Of a stretch of 64,000 nucleotides of DNA, positions 60,616 through 64,000 are shown piece by piece; position 1 is the stretch's first letter, and every line of letters begins with the position of its first letter. The notes beneath the pieces were generated by a model. That model was not told the DNA's origin and did no database searches. It was given only the letters and a program-made list of their open reading frames with translations. The position numbers and the translations under genes are program-made. Origin of the DNA: Candidatus Poribacteria bacterium (GTDB lineage Bacteria > Poribacteria > WGA-4E > JAJDTR01); assembly GCA_965197465.1 (NCBI GenBank), contig OZ240209.1:3965174-4029173 (forward strand). The letters run 5' to 3'.

Positions 60616-60643
60616 GTAGGGAATAACGATCGTTATTCCCTAC
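60616..60643. repeat. Perfect 28-bp palindrome GTAGGGAATAACGATCGTTATTCCCTAC centred on GATC
   Basis: The reverse complement is identical. It lies 44 nt after the ARH stop. An imperfect copy is at 24145-24172. Confidence 0.7.
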
Positions 60644-60796
60644 AAGCACCTTGCAACATCAAATCATCACAGAACATCATTATTTCTGAATTTGGCGTAA
60701 ATTCACCTTCAATAATTTGAGCGTATCTTTCAAAGGCTGGTGCGCAGTGCGCACCCTACAAGAGCATGAGTTAGATGATTTGAGCCGTTGGTCCGC

Positions 60797-61411
60797 TTAT
60801 TCTAACCTTCTTACGCTGACTTCAATCTCTTTCCCGATAGGAACACTGACAGTTTCCATTAGGGGGTGATCCGCCAATGCGTGTATATACTCGTCCGACC
60901 CCTCTCTTCCGGGAATAACGTTGTCCGCGACTAGCAGCCCGCCGGGACGCAATTTGGAAGCGATAAGGTCGAGAAGTTCCACATACAGCGGCTCCCAACA
61001 ATCTAGCAGCACGAAGTCTAAGGGGCCTTCCACAGACACTAATGTCTCACGCGCATCTCCCGAGATGTGTATGGCGTTATCCGTCAACCCGGCTTCCGCC
61101 ACGTTCCGCTTGGCGATTTCAATCAACTTTGGATTAACCTCCAGGGAGGTAAACTGCCCTCCGGTGATACGCGCGGCATGAGCCAGCCAGACGGTGGAGT
61201 AACCGTATGAGCCGCCAATTTCCACCAATATCTTCGCACCGATGGATTGAATCATGATGTGACACAGCCGTGCAGTGTCAGGATGGAGGGTTAGCATCGG
61301 TTCTTGGCTTTTCTCTTTGCCTTGTTGGCTGCGTATGCGCCGATCCTCGGTGTCTTCCTCTTCCATTCGATGAATCACACTTAAAATATTCTCTTCTTGT
61401 ATAGCGACCAT
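60797..61411 (-). CDS. Class I SAM-dependent O-methyltransferase (family 3, catechol-OMT-like)
   Basis: VLVEIGGSYGYSTVWLA SAM-binding motif I. LVADNV motif. Confidence 0.8.
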   Translation of the reverse strand: MVAIQEENILSVIHRMEEEDTEDRRIRSQQGKEKSQEPMLTLHPDTARLCHIMIQSIGAKILVEIGGSYGYSTVWLAHAARITGGQFTSLEVNPKLIEIAKRNVAEAGLTDNAIHISGDARETLVSVEGPLDFVLLDCWEPLYVELLDLIASKLRPGGLLVADNVIPGREGSDEYIHALADHPLMETVSVPIGKEIEVSVRRLE

Positions 61412-61592
61412 AAATTTCGTTGCGACGTTCCTGATACCTAATCCTACGATTGGGGAATGCCGGCTCTCCTTTGTGTGGATATGAATTGTTTTAGAGAAAT
61501 GTTATCATAGCTGAAATGGCAAAACCTAGCTTCTGAAACTGTCTAACCGATCGTATGCTCCTGTACTTTGAATCTACAAACACCATAAACGA

Positions 61593-62615
61593 CTAAATTT
61601 CAACTTGCACCGGTCTTCCCGACGCTCCCGAATTGATGAGAGCATTCAGAATAGCCAAGACATGCAGGTTGTTCCTGCCGCTGGTCTCCGGTTCGGGACC
61701 TCCGTTCACCCAATCGGCAAATGTCACGGCAACGTGTTGATCAAGTTGATCGTCGGATAGCCCGGAATCGATTTCCAGCGGCTGCAATCCAACGCTGCGG
61801 TCTGTCCCGACGAGCAAGGTTTCCTCTCCACCAAAAGCGCCCGTAGAGTGCAAAACCACGGCGCCGCGTTCGCATTCGGCGCGGAACTCGTTGCCCTCGG
61901 CGCGCGCATCGGACGTGGACACAATGACAAAACGTGCGCCGCTCTCGAAGGTGATCTCGGCTGTGGCGGTCGATTCGCGCCGCCACGTGGTCGCCGGTGG
62001 ACGGTAGGAATGTCCGTACACTTCCGCGACATTCTGATTCACCATTGCGACTAGCGCGTCAATCTCATGGACGGTCATCTGCCAAAGCTGCGAGTGCTCG
62101 GAATCCGGATATTCGCCGCCACGGGCTTTGTAGGTCACCATGTGTCCGGTTTGGAGTTCGCCGTAAGCCTTCTCCGTCATCAGGCGGCGAATCATGCGTC
62201 TTCCGGGCATGTAACGCCACTGTTGGGTGACAACGATTTTTAGATTGCGCGCCTCCGCCATCTCGGTCAATCGTCGGGCTGGGGCGACCTCGAGCGTGAA
62301 CGGTTTTTCCACCATGATGTGTTTGCCGGCTTCGATCGCCTCTTCAACCAGTGGGTCATGGCTGCGCGCCCAAGTAGCAACCACGACGCCGTCACACTCG
62401 GACTTCTCCAACGCCTCTGCGAATGAGGTGTAGGCAAGGTCGGCTGGCAGTCCGAGATTGTCGATTGCGGTTTTGAGCCGCTTCTCGTCCATGTCCACCA
62501 ATCCAACCAATTCAAACTCGTCGGATAGCGCCAGCATACTACGCGCATGTGATTGTCCGCGGCCGCATCCGACGACAACCATTCGGAGGCGGTTTGTCGT
62601 GTTATTTGTGTTCAT
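61593..62615 (-). CDS. Gfo/Idh/MocA-family NAD(P)-dependent oxidoreductase
   Basis: RMVVVGCGRGQSHARS Rossmann N-terminus. The ATG at 62615 is preferred. Confidence 0.8.
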   Translation of the reverse strand: MNTNNTTNRLRMVVVGCGRGQSHARSMLALSDEFELVGLVDMDEKRLKTAIDNLGLPADLAYTSFAEALEKSECDGVVVATWARSHDPLVEEAIEAGKHIMVEKPFTLEVAPARRLTEMAEARNLKIVVTQQWRYMPGRRMIRRLMTEKAYGELQTGHMVTYKARGGEYPDSEHSQLWQMTVHEIDALVAMVNQNVAEVYGHSYRPPATTWRRESTATAEITFESGARFVIVSTSDARAEGNEFRAECERGAVVLHSTGAFGGEETLLVGTDRSVGLQPLEIDSGLSDDQLDQHVAVTFADWVNGGPEPETSGRNNLHVLAILNALINSGASGRPVQVEI

Positions 62616-62706
62616 AGGGTTTTTCCAGTAAAGGCTGGTGGGATTTCTATCGCACTTCCTAGTCGGTCGCTTGATCGCATTGCACACCCTACAGGAGTTT
62701 CACCGC

Positions 62707-63816
62707 TTATTCGGAAGTTTGTGCGTCCGACAACCATTCTAGCGAGAATCGCGCAAATGTAATCTTCTCGCTGGAATGCTCCTCCCCACGCTCGTAGAAA
62801 CATCCGATACTGTTGTCCGGCAATACCGTTAGACAGGAGTAGGCGGACGGACCGGGATGCAGCATTTTGGAGGCATGCCACGTCTTCCCTTCGTCGTAAC
62901 TCGCGCGGACGGTCATGCGGTCGCGAGCGGTATTCGCCGGGTTGGAAAAGAGTACCGCATTCCCACTCGTGTGTCGGAATACACTCGCTTGGCAGCGCGG
63001 GTCGATAAGCGCTCGATCTTTGCGCACATCGCCCCATGTCTCGCCGCTGTCGCGGCTAAATGCGACAGTTCGATAGTGCGGATCTTCTGCTTGATTTACC
63101 CAAGCATGGTACCGGATACTGAGCAGCAACGTGCCGTCAGCCAACTCGACCACCTGACACTCGCTCGTGGTGTTGTCGGGCACACTGCCGCCGAGTTTCC
63201 ATGTTTCGCCGTGGTCGTCGCTGTAGAAGACGTGGGAATGGTAATCCCAGCCTCCGGCAACGCCATGGTCGCACGGAATAACCAAACGCCCCTTGTGGTC
63301 GCCGTATTGTAACTGAATGCCGCTCCCCGGACCGGTTGCATACCACGACCAGTTCGGCGCCTTCGTCGTCGAGGTGATTTCAACCGGCGAGGACCACGAT
63401 GCGCCCGAATCGTCGCTCTTGATAGCCCAGATTGTTCGAGTGCTCTTGCTTTCCCCTTTCCAGATTGTCGTCTCGTGGTCTTCAACCAGGTTGTGGCACG
63501 CCAAGAGCCAAACCGTGCCTGTCTCCTGATCGACCACGGCACACGGGTTGCCGCAGGTGTTGGGACCGTCATCCCAAATGACTTGCATTTCACCCCATGT
63601 GGCGCCGCTGTCCGCGCTGCGCTTCAGGACAAGGTCGATATCGTCGGTATCGGAACCGGTCATCCTTCGCGCCTCGCAAAACGCAAGCAACTCCCCATTG
63701 GGCGCGACGACGACCGACGGTATGCGATAGGTATGCGAACCGTCTTGTCCGCTGATGAAAACATCTGTCTGTTTCAGTTGGGATGAATCACTTGGAGGAG
63801 TGGAATCTGTAGGCAC
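62707..63816 (-). CDS. BNR/Asp-box repeat exo-alpha-sialidase-like glycoside hydrolase
   Basis: Five Asp-box motifs: SADSGATW, SDDSGASW, SDDHGETW, SRDSGETW, YDEGKTW. Confidence 0.8.
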   Translation of the reverse strand: MPTDSTPPSDSSQLKQTDVFISGQDGSHTYRIPSVVVAPNGELLAFCEARRMTGSDTDDIDLVLKRSADSGATWGEMQVIWDDGPNTCGNPCAVVDQETGTVWLLACHNLVEDHETTIWKGESKSTRTIWAIKSDDSGASWSSPVEITSTTKAPNWSWYATGPGSGIQLQYGDHKGRLVIPCDHGVAGGWDYHSHVFYSDDHGETWKLGGSVPDNTTSECQVVELADGTLLLSIRYHAWVNQAEDPHYRTVAFSRDSGETWGDVRKDRALIDPRCQASVFRHTSGNAVLFSNPANTARDRMTVRASYDEGKTWHASKMLHPGPSAYSCLTVLPDNSIGCFYERGEEHSSEKITFARFSLEWLSDAQTSE

Positions 63817-63899
63817 TGGTGTATGATTAATCTTTTTTGGGTAGTGTTATCATGTCGTAATGATGCCGGTTTGAGTTTCTATTCTTCTACGAACGGTGA

Positions 63900-64000
63900 A
63901 TAATCTTGGGGACGAATTGTGATGCCATAGGGAATAACGAGGGATCTCTTTCGGACGGGAATTGCTATCGCCCTGTGGGATCTCTATCGGGATCTACTAT
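63900..64000. repeat. Reverse-orientation GCGATAG/GATCCC mosaic element running off the window end
   Basis: GGGATCTCTATCGGGATCTACTAT is the reverse complement of ATAGTAGATCCCGATAGAGATCCC. Preceded by a partial CATAGGGAATAACGAGGGATC palindrome fragment. Confidence 0.5.

Overview
The window is a 64-kb chromosomal stretch from a Gram-negative (lipid A-making) bacterium that is rich in repeats and pseudogenes. Its eukaryote-like LRR proteins, cohesin/dockerin modules, a T9SS-type C-terminal sorting domain, a BNR sialidase and dense intergenic repeat families suggest a host-associated, sponge-symbiont-like lineage; that lineage guess is inference only. Region 1-10.8 kb holds a class 1 CRISPR-Cas locus. 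It encodes a partial upstream cas gene, a Cas7 with a CxxC zinc finger, Cas5, a helicase-only Cas3' with no HD domain, an antisense BrnA-like antitoxin gene, Cas1, Cas2 with a duplicated 5' end, and Cas4. Next to these lies a 52-repeat array of a 37-nt repeat, GTAGCAGTGAGTGCCGCGATGAAAAGCGGACTGAAAG, with a degenerate terminal repeat and a triplicated trailer-end spacer. The gene order fits neither canonical I-A, I-B nor I-D. No Cas6, HD nuclease or large subunit lies within the window. Degenerate orphan copies of the repeat and of the array's trailer junction recur at 11.0, 14.1 and 18.06 kb. They are fused to a family of GATC-rich mosaic intergenic elements with MITE-like short inverted termini and tandem ~20-bp GCGATAGnnGATCCC units. 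That family is present at 15 or more loci across the window. Other repeat families are a TTCAACCCAACCTACG 16-mer, including a 541-bp element bounded by perfect inverted copies, a 28-bp GATC-centred perfect palindrome, a GCCTGTTTGAATAAT motif, and a 289-bp element with 18-bp TIRs. The rest of the window carries housekeeping genes: gdhA, dnaE, lpdA, the metK-ahcY-adenosine kinase methyl-cycle block, rpsA, lpxK-lpxB and argC. It also carries a two-component-fed partner-switching signalling cluster with two STAS proteins, an RsbW-like kinase, two PP2C phosphatases and a PAS hybrid kinase. A glycosyltransferase, radical-SAM/SPASM and TPR protein cluster follows. Carbohydrate-active genes include a dockerin-tagged hydrolase, a beta-propeller glycoside hydrolase, an ADP-ribosylglycohydrolase fusion and a sialidase. 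There is an unusual cold-shock-domain plus tandem Sm/Hfq-like fusion protein. Two multidomain LRR/dockerin genes are interrupted only by in-frame stop codons plus one 7-bp duplication.
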